Source: Pseudomonadota bacterium
GTDB lineage: Bacteria; Pseudomonadota; Gammaproteobacteria; JAKAQQ01
NCBI GenBank assembly: GCA_021810635.1
Contig: JAJZIH010000004.1
Span: 76,131 to 140,130 of the forward strand
DNA: 64,000 bases
Reading direction: 5' to 3'
Below, piece after piece: positions 33,016 to 44,427 of the stretch. The notes beneath the pieces were generated by a model. That model made no database searches, had not been told where the DNA came from, and saw nothing but the letters and a program-made list of their open reading frames with translations. The stretch's first letter is position 1. The number at the start of each line of letters is the position of its first letter. A program made the position numbers and the translations under genes.

Positions 33016-33801
33016 TTGATGCCCCAATTCCGCTTGCCTGAAAACTCCAGGGTCCGGCCCGGCCAGAACCACCCGGCCGTGCATCCTTCGGCGCGGTCCT
33101 GTGAACTCCACATTTACCGTTATGATCCGGACCCCTCCAACGCCACTCCCCGTTTGGATCGATATGAGATCGATCTCGACGACTGCGGCCCCATGGTGCT
33201 GGATGCCCTTATCAAAATCAAAAACGAGATCGACCCGACACTGACTTTCCGTCGCTCCTGCCGGGAAGGAGTCTGTGGCTCCTGCGCCATGAATATCCAG
33301 GGAACCAATACCCTGGCGTGCACCCAGGCACTGGCCGATCTGGGCCCCCGGATTTCGGTCTATCCGTTGCCGCACATGCCGGTCATCAAGGATCTGGTTT
33401 CGGACCTGAGCCACTTCTACGCGCAGTACATGTCCATTGAACCCTGGCTCAAGACCCGGGCGCAGGCGGGCGATCGGGAGCGCCTGCAGTCACCCGAAGA
33501 CCGGGCTCGGCTTGACGAGGTTTACGAGTGCATTCTCTGTGCCTGTTGTTCCACGGCCTGTCCCAGCTACTGGTGGAACAGCGACCGTTATCTCGGGCCG
33601 GCCGTCCTCCTGCAAGCCTACCGCTGGCTGGCGGACAGCCGTGATGAAGCGACGGGCGAACGACTTGACCAACTGGAAGACCCATTCCGGCTGTACCGTT
33701 GCCATACCATCCTGAACTGCACCAATACCTGTCCTAAGGGGCTGAATCCCGCAGCGGCCATCGCGGCCATCAAGCGCATGATGGTTGAGCGTGAATCGTG
33801 A
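33016..33801 (+). CDS. sdhB: Succinate dehydrogenase iron-sulfur subunit
   Basis: Three Cys clusters: [37 protein letters not shown]. Confidence 0.95.
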   Translation: MMPQFRLPENSRVRPGQNHPAVHPSARSCELHIYRYDPDPSNATPRLDRYEIDLDDCGPMVLDALIKIKNEIDPTLTFRRSCREGVCGSCAMNIQGTNTLACTQALADLGPRISVYPLPHMPVIKDLVSDLSHFYAQYMSIEPWLKTRAQAGDRERLQSPEDRARLDEVYECILCACCSTACPSYWWNSDRYLGPAVLLQAYRWLADSRDEATGERLDQLEDPFRLYRCHTILNCTNTCPKGLNPAAAIAAIKRMMVERES

Positions 33802-33808
33802 AGACGGG

Positions 33809-34057
33809 ATGAGAATCCGGAGGCTGCGCTGGCAGTGCCGGCGCGGCCGGCGCGAGCTGGATCTGGTTCTCACGCGCTATCTGGATCACCGGTTTGCATC
33901 GGCGTCTGCCGATGAGCAGCGGGCGTTTGAAAAGCTTCTGGAGATGCCGGATCCAACCCTCTGGAACTTCCTGTTTTTTACGGGTTCGAGCGATCGTGGA
34001 TCGCCTGAGGGGCGCGTGCTTGCGGAACTGAAAGCGGTCGGGCACGGATCCGGGTGA
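33809..34057 (+). CDS. sdhE: FAD assembly factor SdhE (SDHAF2 family, DUF339)
   Basis: RRLRWQCRRGRRELDL carries the RGxxE motif, followed by F..LLE..D..LW. Immediately downstream of sdhB. The start is ATG 33809 or TTG 33785. Confidence 0.7.
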   Translation: MRIRRLRWQCRRGRRELDLVLTRYLDHRFASASADEQRAFEKLLEMPDPTLWNFLFFTGSSDRGSPEGRVLAELKAVGHGSG

Positions 34058-34243
34058 AACGTTCTTGGCCGGCATCCGTCAGATCGAGTCCGAGAACCCG
34101 ATCCGCCGCGTGAGCCCTGGGCTTGAGCCGTGGGGTGAGCGGCCGGTTCGGTCAATCAGTTGGGATTCCTTTCTCCCGGACCCGTTCCTTCGACACTCGA
34201 ACCGCACTCGCCCGCGGCAACCGCATCGGCCATCCGGCTGCCG

Positions 34244-35236
34244 TCAGTGGGATTCACCTTCCAGGGAGAGAACCAGTTTTCCCCTGACCCCCCCGCTTTC
34301 AAGGCGCCAGTGGGCCTCGGCCGTCTTTTCAATCGGGTAGATGGAATCGATGACGGGTTTGACCTGGCTGTTTTCCACCAAGCGCGCGATTTTCTCCATC
34401 CGGGATCCGGACCGGGTGGTACTGATCAGGTGAATGTCGACGTTTTTCCTGTAGGCCTGGCCCAGCGCGGTATCACTGGCGGTGATGCTCAGGATCTGGC
34501 CGTGGGGTTTGACCAACTCCAGGTTCTGGGCAAAGGCGGGACCGCCGACGGTGTCGAGGACCATATCCACGGCTTCAGCCCCGATCATCTTGCGGACGCT
34601 GTTGGCCACATTCTCGACCCGATAGTCGATCGCGACATCGGCCCCCAGTCGGACGACAAGATCCATGTTGCTTTTCCGACAGGTGGTGATGACCCGGGCT
34701 CCTGCGGCCTTGGCCATTTGAATGGCGAGGGAGCCGATGCCACCGGCACCGGCATGAATCAGGACGGTCTCTCCGACCTGAAGTCGCCCACGCTCGAACA
34801 GGGCCTGCCAGGCGGTCGAGGCGGCCAGGGGCAGGCTCGCCGCTTCCTCAAAGGTCAGGTTCCCGGGCTTGTAGGCCACTAGGTTTTCGGGAACCACATG
34901 GTATTCCGCATAGGTCCCCGGACAGGATTGTGCGATTTCTGCCGTATAAAAAACCTGATCCCCTTTTCGGAACCGGGTCACCGCGATTCCGGTTTCTTCG
35001 ACAATCCCGGCCGCGTCGGTGCCGATGATCGCGGGCGGTCGGATGTCGGACCACGCGCCATTGCGCCGGATTTTATAGTCGATGGGATTGACTGATGCGG
35101 CCAGAACCCGGACGAGGAGCGTTCCCGGAGCGGGTTTGGGTCGGGGCTGGAGGCGATAGGTCAGCGACTCCGGTGCGCCAAAGGCATCGAGGACGATCGC
35201 ATGCATCTGGATGTTGTTGCGCAGGCTGAAGGTCAT
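34244..35236 (-). CDS. Zinc-type alcohol dehydrogenase/NADPH:quinone oxidoreductase (MDR family)
   Basis: ATG 35236 with GAGGA upstream gives 331 aa. Motifs: ASVNPIDYK, GETVLIHAGAGGIGSLAIQMAK. The track start at 35401 is rejected. Confidence 0.8.
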   Translation of the reverse strand: MTFSLRNNIQMHAIVLDAFGAPESLTYRLQPRPKPAPGTLLVRVLAASVNPIDYKIRRNGAWSDIRPPAIIGTDAAGIVEETGIAVTRFRKGDQVFYTAEIAQSCPGTYAEYHVVPENLVAYKPGNLTFEEAASLPLAASTAWQALFERGRLQVGETVLIHAGAGGIGSLAIQMAKAAGARVITTCRKSNMDLVVRLGADVAIDYRVENVANSVRKMIGAEAVDMVLDTVGGPAFAQNLELVKPHGQILSITASDTALGQAYRKNVDIHLISTTRSGSRMEKIARLVENSQVKPVIDSIYPIEKTAEAHWRLESGGVRGKLVLSLEGESH

Positions 35237-35288
35237 GGGTGTCCGTCCTCGCAAGCTGGAGTGGGGTTCCGCATAGCCGGGGGCCGGG

Positions 35289-35648
35289 TCAGCATGGCTC
35301 CTCTTCAGGACCGGACTCCAGGGGCAACCCTTCCTGTGCCCAGGCCAGGGTTCCTCCCTGGACATGGACGACGTTGGGCAAATGTTCGAAGATCTGTTCA
35401 CAGGCGCTCATCGCCCGGCGCCCGGAATGGCACAGCACATAGATCGGCCCCCCCGGAGGACACTGGTGCCGTTTGAGCTTTTCCTGGAGGGTGGCCGCGC
35501 TCAGATCGCTGAGGGGGATCAGGAGGGCACCCTCGGCGTGGAGTTTTTCGTATTCCTCGGGCGTACGGACATCCACCAGAGTGATGGGCTCACCGGAGGC
35601 GATGCGCCGTTGGAGTTCATGAATGGAAACGGATGGAATTTCGGGCAT
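35289..35648 (-). CDS. Single-domain rhodanese-like sulfurtransferase
   Basis: Active-site loop VLCHSGRRA and LVDVRTPEEY. The start is ATG 35648 or 35699. Confidence 0.75.
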   Translation of the reverse strand: MPEIPSVSIHELQRRIASGEPITLVDVRTPEEYEKLHAEGALLIPLSDLSAATLQEKLKRHQCPPGGPIYVLCHSGRRAMSACEQIFEHLPNVVHVQGGTLAWAQEGLPLESGPEEEPC

Positions 35649-35770
35649 GGGCCGCAACGAAACCGGGTGATCGGGTACATGATACGACAGGATCCGCATC
35701 CCGGGTCAACCCCGGGGAACCCTTCCATCCCGTAAAATCCATGAACCCGATGGGTCCTGCCGGAGAAGCC

Positions 35771-36805
35771 ATGGCTGAGTTCGCGATCGATTATTCGGAT
35801 GTCCAGTGTGCGCGGGCGCGGATCCGCCGTCACGGCGTCGAACCGACCCCGGTCCATCGATGGTCTGCCTTTGAAGAACGTTCTGGCATCCGGGATCTCC
35901 AGGTGTATGTCAAATGCGAGAACCTGACCGCCATTGGTGCATTTAAGATCCGAGGAGCGCTCAATGCGGTCATGAGTCTGACGGAGAGCGAGGCGCGTTG
36001 CGGCGTGGCCACCCACTCCTCCGGAAACCACGGAACCGCCGTTGCGTATGCCGCGCGGACCCGGGGTATTCCTGCGACCGTGGTGGTTCCGGCCGGAGCC
36101 TCCCCTCAAAAGATGGATCTGATCCGGCACTATGGGGCCGAACTCGTGATGTGTGAACCGACCCAGGAAGGGAGAGAGGAAGCCCTGGCTGGCCTGGTCC
36201 GCGAGCAAGGACGGGTGCCGATCCATCCTTACGATCACCCGGCAGTGATGGCCGGTCAGGGAACCGTCGCGGACGAGTTTTTGGATTGTGTTCCGGACCT
36301 CGACTGGCTGTTTGTTCCGATCGGTGGGGGAGGGCTGATCAGCGGAACCGCGGTCACGGTCCGCACCCGTCGCCCGCAGATGCGCCTGGTCGGGGTCGAA
36401 CCCGAAGGGGCGAACGATACCCAACGCTCGCTTGAAGCCGGGGTTCGGACGAAGCATCCGGCTCCAAACACACTGGCGGATGGACTTCGTGCCTTCGTGG
36501 GCGCTCTAACCTTCCCGGTCATCCAGAAGTGGGTCGACCAAGTCCTCACCGTAACGGAGGAAGAAATCCGGAATGGCGTCCGGTGGGGTTTTGAAGAACT
36601 GAGGCTTGTGACCGAGCCCTCGGCCGCAACCGTTCTGGCGGCCCTGGCCAAGACACCCGTGCCGGATGGGGCCCGGGTCGGGCTGATTTTGACGGGAGGG
36701 AACGTCGACCCCGATCTCTGGGCTGGACTCCGGAAGGGAGCGAACCCGGGGTTCCTCGGTGCGCCTCCGTCCGCACGCTGGCCAGTGCAGAGGGCGGAAC
36801 GCTAA
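35771..36805 (+). CDS. PLP-dependent threonine/serine dehydratase family enzyme (serine racemase/threo-3-hydroxyaspartate ammonia-lyase-like)
   Basis: ATG 35771 with GGAGAAG upstream. PLP-Lys motif AIGAFKIRGA, plus SSGNHG and PIGGGGLISG. Confidence 0.8.
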   Translation: MAEFAIDYSDVQCARARIRRHGVEPTPVHRWSAFEERSGIRDLQVYVKCENLTAIGAFKIRGALNAVMSLTESEARCGVATHSSGNHGTAVAYAARTRGIPATVVVPAGASPQKMDLIRHYGAELVMCEPTQEGREEALAGLVREQGRVPIHPYDHPAVMAGQGTVADEFLDCVPDLDWLFVPIGGGGLISGTAVTVRTRRPQMRLVGVEPEGANDTQRSLEAGVRTKHPAPNTLADGLRAFVGALTFPVIQKWVDQVLTVTEEEIRNGVRWGFEELRLVTEPSAATVLAALAKTPVPDGARVGLILTGGNVDPDLWAGLRKGANPGFLGAPPSARWPVQRAER

Positions 36806-37076
36806 ATCGCTCTCACGCGCTGTGCGTCGCTCGCAAGGGGCGCCCGGCCACCACCCTCGGAAGTCCGATGGATGTTGCTGGCTCGTTCCCCGGCGCCACC
36901 GGGTGTGAGCCGACCCGAGTGGCCGATGACGTCGGCCCATCAACCGGGGACGGATCCATTCTCTGGACCGGTTTGTAGGAACAGAGGGACAGATCCTAGA
37001 GAGCCGGTCCGAGGTGGAATTCCTGGGCAATCAGGCCCAGATCCTTGGGGTCTCCGCGCTGCAGGTGGATTCCAGG

Positions 37077-37295
37077 CTAGCGGCCCCGGTACGTAATGCG
37101 GCCCTTGCTGAGGTCGTAGGGTGTCAGTTGAACGGTGACTCGGTCACCCGTCAGGATCCGGATGTAGTTTTTCCGCATGCGCCCTGAGATGTGGGCCAGG
37201 ACGATATGCCGATTGTCGAGCTTGACACGGAAAGTCGTGTTCGGCAGCGTTTCGACCACGACTCCTTCCATTTCGATATTGTCTTCTTTGGGCAT
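37077..37295 (-). CDS. infA: Translation initiation factor IF-1
   Basis: [72 protein letters not shown] is near-identical in pattern to E. coli InfA (72 aa). Confidence 0.95.
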   Translation of the reverse strand: MPKEDNIEMEGVVVETLPNTTFRVKLDNRHIVLAHISGRMRKNYIRILTGDRVTVQLTPYDLSKGRITYRGR

Positions 37296-37457
37296 GGTGT
37301 CCTGTAGCACAGGGTGAAGCGCCCGCAATTGTGCATCATGTGCCCTCTTTCTTCAACTATTTGTATTGATCCGGCCCCTTTGACACCCGGGGGAGTGGTG
37401 GGGGTCCATGGTCGGGGGGGCAGCGTTCGCCGTTCCGTCAGACTTGTTCATTCCTGT

Positions 37458-37895
37458 CTAAACAGGAACAAAGCTGACTTCCTGCTTCGCCGAGGCCGGT
37501 TTCACGCGAGCCTTGGGCCGGTGCGGATCATCCTGGCTATCGACGGGGCGATGGAGACGAACCACTGATTGGCCACACGGGAGATCGTGGCCGACAGGAT
37601 CTTGCCAGAAAAGCGCAACGTCTCGCGCATAAGTCGGGCGCAAATCCTCGCGCCGCCGCCCTTTGGGCGTGCGCTCGTCCAAGACGGGCTTCCCTTTGCG
37701 CTCCCAGCGCTGCAGCGTTTGCGTCGCGACGCCCAGGAACTCGGCAGCTTCGTGAATGCGAGCTCTCTTGCGAGATACGCTCAAACGATACACAGTCGCC
37801 AATGGCCCAATAACGCGAAACGACTGCGTTAGCAGTTCAGTCCTCTGCAACCGATTCCGCTCATCCAGGTCCAGCTGCCGGCATTTCTTTCCCAT
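37458..37895 (-). mobile_element. Degenerate IS607-type relic: ORF with a MerR-like HTH (TnpA N-terminus) overlapping an out-of-frame TnpB fragment
   Basis: ATG 37895 is preceded by GGAGGTGGAGA. The ORF contains IHEAAEFLGVATQTLQRWERKGKPVLDERTPKGRRR...TYAR, the pattern of IS607 serine-recombinase N-termini. In a different frame, 37502-37632 reads LRFSGKILSATISRVANQWFVSI, a hallmark TnpB/OrfB motif. No intact recombinase or TnpB is present. Confidence 0.4.
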
Positions 37896-37979
37896 TCTCC
37901 ACCTCCGACTCCTCTTTGAACCATCGGTGTTGCCGTGCATTCTGGATGCGTGCCCTGTTTAGGGCCGGGATCCCGCGTC

Positions 37980-39236
37980 CTACACGCTCGGCTGGAAGGC
38001 GGGAGCGAATACCTGCAGGTCTGCGTCGGTGAGTCCGACCTCCTTGGACGTTGCGATCTCGCGCCAGTTCGCCACGGCGGCGGCCATCGCGTTTGTCTCT
38101 TCCTGGGCCTCGATGGACTGCAGCCCGAAGTAGGTACTCCCGTGGATGAGTTGCTCCAAGGAAGTAATGGGCCCTGTGTCTTCCGACAGCCAGGTCTTGG
38201 ACTCCCTGACCCGATCCGGAAACGGGTTGACGTCGAAGACGGGCGCGAGCCGCCACTGACCGTTGCCCGTGTACAAAACACCCACGTTCCACAGATGATC
38301 ATCGACATTGTTGATGAGGAAATTGAACAGGAGTCGACGCCACAGTTCGCGCACGTCCTCGGCAGGCCTCGCGCTGACCCGACGCAGCGCATCGGCAAGT
38401 TCCGTATAGGCGCGGTCCTCATCCCGTCGGGCTTGGAGCAGCGAACCTCCTGACAGGTACGCGATGCGGGCTCCCTCGGCGGTTCGATCAAATCGGCGGA
38501 TGATCGAGACCGGCGTGCCGTCGACTGCTTCAACTCGTGCCTGAGCGACATCGAGCTTGGCGAGTGCCGCGAGCTTGAGCGCGAGCACCTCACCCCGCAC
38601 GACGGAGCGCGTGTCACTGATGCTTGGGAACTTGCCAAGTGCGAGTGCTCCATCCGTATCCAGCACGGTGCACTTCGGCCGAAGGCCGCCCAGGGAGGTG
38701 CCCTTCCCCTGAAGGAAGCGAAGATCGGCCTCGGTTTCAGTACCCTGCTCGACGGCGCGGGTTGAGGCGTAGATCTTTTCAAGCTCGCTGAACTGTGGAG
38801 TGTGAAACTCGGGGTCCGATCGAAGGAAATGGCCCTTCGCGTCGCGCAGGCGCAGCGCCCCGATGCGGCTGAAGTCATCGACCGCGGTGAGGAGATCGAA
38901 CCGCGTCAGCGCTCCAAGCGTGGAGTCGCGTTGGCGGAGTTTCGCGTGAGCGCGCTGAATGATGCGCTTCCCCCACGTATCCGGTTCTGTGTCCGCCAAG
39001 GCAAGGGGAAATGGCGAATCCTCGCCGGACGATGCGCGGCGCGTGAAATACCCCTCTCGAAGCGGCAGATCCGGGGAGATTTCAAAGCGCTCAGCGTGGG
39101 CCAGCCAAGACTTGCGATAGGTGAAGGCGGAATACTCGCGGCGGCCGTCGCGCAGAAGCGCAAGTTCGCCGACCTCGAGTGCCGCGCGCCCGACCCACAC
39201 GCTCGCCTCCTGCCGGGTCGTAGTGCGCGCGTTCAC
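37980..39236 (-). CDS. hipA: HipA-family serine/threonine kinase toxin (type II TA)
   Basis: 418 aa. Motifs: GTSLGGLRPKC (P-loop-like), NNVDDHLWN (catalytic loop), LAPVFDVNP. Confidence 0.85.
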   Translation of the reverse strand: MNARTTTRQEASVWVGRAALEVGELALLRDGRREYSAFTYRKSWLAHAERFEISPDLPLREGYFTRRASSGEDSPFPLALADTEPDTWGKRIIQRAHAKLRQRDSTLGALTRFDLLTAVDDFSRIGALRLRDAKGHFLRSDPEFHTPQFSELEKIYASTRAVEQGTETEADLRFLQGKGTSLGGLRPKCTVLDTDGALALGKFPSISDTRSVVRGEVLALKLAALAKLDVAQARVEAVDGTPVSIIRRFDRTAEGARIAYLSGGSLLQARRDEDRAYTELADALRRVSARPAEDVRELWRRLLFNFLINNVDDHLWNVGVLYTGNGQWRLAPVFDVNPFPDRVRESKTWLSEDTGPITSLEQLIHGSTYFGLQSIEAQEETNAMAAAVANWREIATSKEVGLTDADLQVFAPAFQPSV

Positions 39237-39565
39237 ATGGCCCCCGAGCTTTTCCGCGCACGCACGCGCTTCGGCAGTTTCTCATCCGCGAGCTGAATTC
39301 CGAGTTCGTCCGTGGCTGTGTCGAGCAATCGTTCCAGCCGACCGAGTTCACCAAGCACATACAGGGTGCGCGCGAGATTCTCGAGCGCCACCGCTCCGTC
39401 GCCCCTTTCCAGCCGCTTCAGCGTTGCCGCTGAGATTCCGCTGCGCTCGGCGAGAGAAGCGCGTGAGAGGCGGCGCCGCCGACGTGCCCTGGACACGTCC
39501 GCACCGACCTGAGTGATCGCGCGACCTACCGGAAGAGGTGTCGGCGGCCGAGTATTAGAGATCAT
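39233..39565 (-). CDS. hipB: HipB-like XRE-family HTH antitoxin
   Basis: 110 aa with an HTH (RRLSRASLAERSGISAATLKRLERG). ATGA overlap with the hipA start. Confidence 0.75.
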   Translation of the reverse strand: MISNTRPPTPLPVGRAITQVGADVSRARRRRRLSRASLAERSGISAATLKRLERGDGAVALENLARTLYVLGELGRLERLLDTATDELGIQLADEKLPKRVRARKSSGAM

Positions 39566-39637
39566 ATAGAACCTTTTAAACCATTTAAGTGGTCATATAA
39601 GACCAGTTGATCATATCATGGACGCTGCTAACATTAA
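39566..39637 (-). promoter_or_regulatory. Putative hipBA promoter/operator region
   Basis: AT-rich island in GC-rich DNA. On the minus strand: TTAATG (39637-39632), 16 nt, TATGAT (39615-39610). The TCATAT core occurs three times (39562, 39593, 39611). The palindrome GGTCATATAAGACC (39591-39604) lies between the -10 and the start codon. Confidence 0.35.
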
Positions 39638-39909
39638 GGGGTCGGATAGGATCCGTCATCGCCATTTACGGCTCATCGATCATCCATTGAATGGCACTCG
39701 GTTCAGCCGCCGGCCGTGTTGGACGCGTTCGAGGGGATCGACGAGGCCAGGGCCAATCATGCCTCTGATGTCCGGCTCCTCACGGTCTGTACGCTCAAGT
39801 CACGTTGGGAAAGGCTATCCTTTGACCGGATGCCTTGTGTCCAACTCCTGCCCTCCCCGGAACAAGATTCGACCGTGGGTTGAGACCGATGAGTGATGGA
39901 GACGGGCCC

Positions 39910-42103
<2,194 letters not shown>

Positions 42104-42185
42104 GGATCCCGTCATCAGCCGCCGGCTGAATTCCGCCTCGTCGCGCAATCACCGCGTCCTGTGGAATGCCGAGTTTGCCCACGGG

Positions 42186-44420
42186 GTGAGGGAAGGGCTG
42201 CTCTGGCTCAGTTTTTCGCTGGCGGTGATTCTTTTCCTGTCCTTGCTGAGTTACAGCCCGCACGATCCCAGTTTTACCTTTGCCGGTTCCGGGTCGCGAC
42301 TCCACAACTGGATGGGGCCATTTGGCGCGTGGACATCGGACCTGCTGTTCCTCTTGTGGGGCTGGTCCGCGTATCTCGTCCCGGTCCTGCTGGTCGGGCT
42401 TGGCCTGCTGATCCATAAACCCCCGATTTTGCGTTCCCGGCGTGAACTCTGGCTGCGAACGGGTGGCGGATTCGTGACCGTCATGGCCGTGAGCGGCCTC
42501 TTCTCCGCCCTTCGCCCGGCCTCTGTGCTGCCTGCGGGTTCGGGTGGCGTCATCGGATTTGAAGTCGCCCGATGGAGCGAGGTTGTCCTCCATCCGGGCG
42601 GAACCGACCTGTTGCTGGGCGCCCTGATCCTGGCCGGGATCTCCCTGAGCACCCGCTGGTCGTGGCTGGGACTGCTGCGCTGGCTGGGCGCGGGACTGCA
42701 GCGGGGGTTCGCCGGTTTCTGGGCCTTGGTGTCCCGGCCGGGGCAACGACGGGAAGCCCCTGTTTCGAGACGGCTCCCCGAACCGCTGGGCCTCGGCGAG
42801 TTCGGAGCGGCGAGAAGCGAAGTTCGTATCGAACCCACGGTCGAACGTCTGGAAACCGGGCTGCGTCTGGAATCTGAGCGCCAGCAGATTCTTTTTAAAG
42901 AGGTGGATGGACCGATTGGTTTGCCCCCCCTGACCCTGCTGGATACCCCGTCCGAGCCGGTGGGCCGCTATTCGGAACAGGCCCTCTCGGCGATGTCCCG
43001 CATTGTGGAGCTCAAGCTCAAGGACTTTGGCATTGTGGCCCGGGTGAGTGCCGTCACCCCCGGACCGGTCGTGACCCGGTTCGAGCTGGAGCCGGCCGCC
43101 GGGGTCAAGGTCAGCCAGATCACCGGCCTGGTCAAGGATCTGGCCCGTGCCCTTTCGGTGGTGAGTGTACGGGTGGTCGAAAACATTCCTGGAAAATCGG
43201 CGGTGGGACTCGAGGTCCCCAACGAGAAACGGGAAATCGTGACGTTGGGGGAAATTCTCTGTTCGCGCGCCTATGAAGTGGCGACGTCCCCCCTGACGCT
43301 CGCGTTGGGGAAGGATATCAGCGGGCAGCCGATCGTGACGGATCTGGAGCGCATGCCTCATCTGCTGATTGCGGGGACGACGGGATCAGGAAAATCGGTG
43401 GCCTTGAATGCCATGATCCTGAGCCTTTTGTTCAAATCCACGCCCGAACAGATCCGCCTGATTCTCGTGGATCCCAAGATGCTCGAGCTTTCGGTCTACC
43501 AGGAGGTGCCCCATCTCCTGACCCCGGTCGTGACGGATGGCCGGCAGACGGCAGCGATTCTGCGCTGGGCCATCGCCGAAATGGAACGCCGCTACCAGCT
43601 CATGGCCCAGCACGGCGTGAGGGGTCTCGCCGGATACAACCGGAAGATCCGGGAGCTGGCGGCGTCTTCGCGTCCGGGTTTCCGCTTGCCGGAGTCCGCA
43701 CCGGACTCCCCGGATGCCCAACCCGCCCCCCCCCCTTCCCAACCCCTCCCTCATATTGTCATGGTGGTCGATGAACTGGCGGATCTGATGCTGGTTTTGG
43801 GGAAAAAAGTGGACGAGCTTTTTGCCCGGCTGGCGCAGAAAGCGAGGGCCTCCGGCATCCATCTCATTCTGGCGACCCAGCGACCCTCGGTGGATGTGAT
43901 CACGGGACTGATCAAGGCCAACATTCCGGCCCGTATCGCGTTTCAGATCACCTCGAAGACCGATTCCCGGATCATCCTTGACCAGAACGGTGCAGAGGCG
44001 CTTCTCGGGAACGGTGACATGCTGTTTCTGCCACCCGGCCAGACGGTTCCCCAGCGCGTTCATGGGGCCTACGTTTCGGATAGCGAGGTCCATCGCGTCG
44101 TCGACTGGCTCAAGCGGGCCGGCCATCCCCAGTACCTCGAAATGGCACCGTCTCTGGGTGAAGAAGCAGAGCCCTTTGCACTGACCGACCTGGTGCAGCC
44201 CGAGCCCACAGGAGATTCAGACGATGAGTTTTATTCGGAAGCGGTTCGCCTGGTGCTGGAGACCCGCAGGGCCTCGGTTTCGCTGGTGCAGCGCCGGTTC
44301 CGGATCGGTTACAACCGGGCGGCCCGGCTGGTGGAGCGTATGGAACAGGAGGGACTCGTCGGTCCGCTCCAGGCGAACGGTTTCCGTCAGGTGCTGGTCC
44401 CTTCCTCCCATGGGGAATGA
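42186..44420 (+). CDS. ftsK: DNA translocase FtsK
   Basis: 744 aa with N-terminal TM helices, a Pro-rich linker, the motor domain (PHLLIAGTTGSGKSV, VVDELADLM, ATQRPSVDVITG) and a C-terminal gamma wHTH (VSLVQRRFRIGYNRAARLVE.ME). Confidence 0.9.
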   Translation: MREGLLWLSFSLAVILFLSLLSYSPHDPSFTFAGSGSRLHNWMGPFGAWTSDLLFLLWGWSAYLVPVLLVGLGLLIHKPPILRSRRELWLRTGGGFVTVMAVSGLFSALRPASVLPAGSGGVIGFEVARWSEVVLHPGGTDLLLGALILAGISLSTRWSWLGLLRWLGAGLQRGFAGFWALVSRPGQRREAPVSRRLPEPLGLGEFGAARSEVRIEPTVERLETGLRLESERQQILFKEVDGPIGLPPLTLLDTPSEPVGRYSEQALSAMSRIVELKLKDFGIVARVSAVTPGPVVTRFELEPAAGVKVSQITGLVKDLARALSVVSVRVVENIPGKSAVGLEVPNEKREIVTLGEILCSRAYEVATSPLTLALGKDISGQPIVTDLERMPHLLIAGTTGSGKSVALNAMILSLLFKSTPEQIRLILVDPKMLELSVYQEVPHLLTPVVTDGRQTAAILRWAIAEMERRYQLMAQHGVRGLAGYNRKIRELAASSRPGFRLPESAPDSPDAQPAPPPSQPLPHIVMVVDELADLMLVLGKKVDELFARLAQKARASGIHLILATQRPSVDVITGLIKANIPARIAFQITSKTDSRIILDQNGAEALLGNGDMLFLPPGQTVPQRVHGAYVSDSEVHRVVDWLKRAGHPQYLEMAPSLGEEAEPFALTDLVQPEPTGDSDDEFYSEAVRLVLETRRASVSLVQRRFRIGYNRAARLVERMEQEGLVGPLQANGFRQVLVPSSHGE

Positions 44421-44427
44421 CGGAAAA

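Noticed and set aside
36806-37076. 270-bp gap between the dehydratase gene and infA, checked for a small RNA or gene
   Set aside because: Only a 7-bp stem with a 31-nt loop (GGACCGG...CCGGTCC) was found. There is no terminator-like structure, no conserved RNA motif I recognise and no credible ORF.
39618-39896. 92-aa plus-strand ORF in the hipB-trxB gap
   Set aside because: It is Arg/Ser/Pro-rich with no RBS and no recognisable motif. It starts inside the predicted hipBA operator region.
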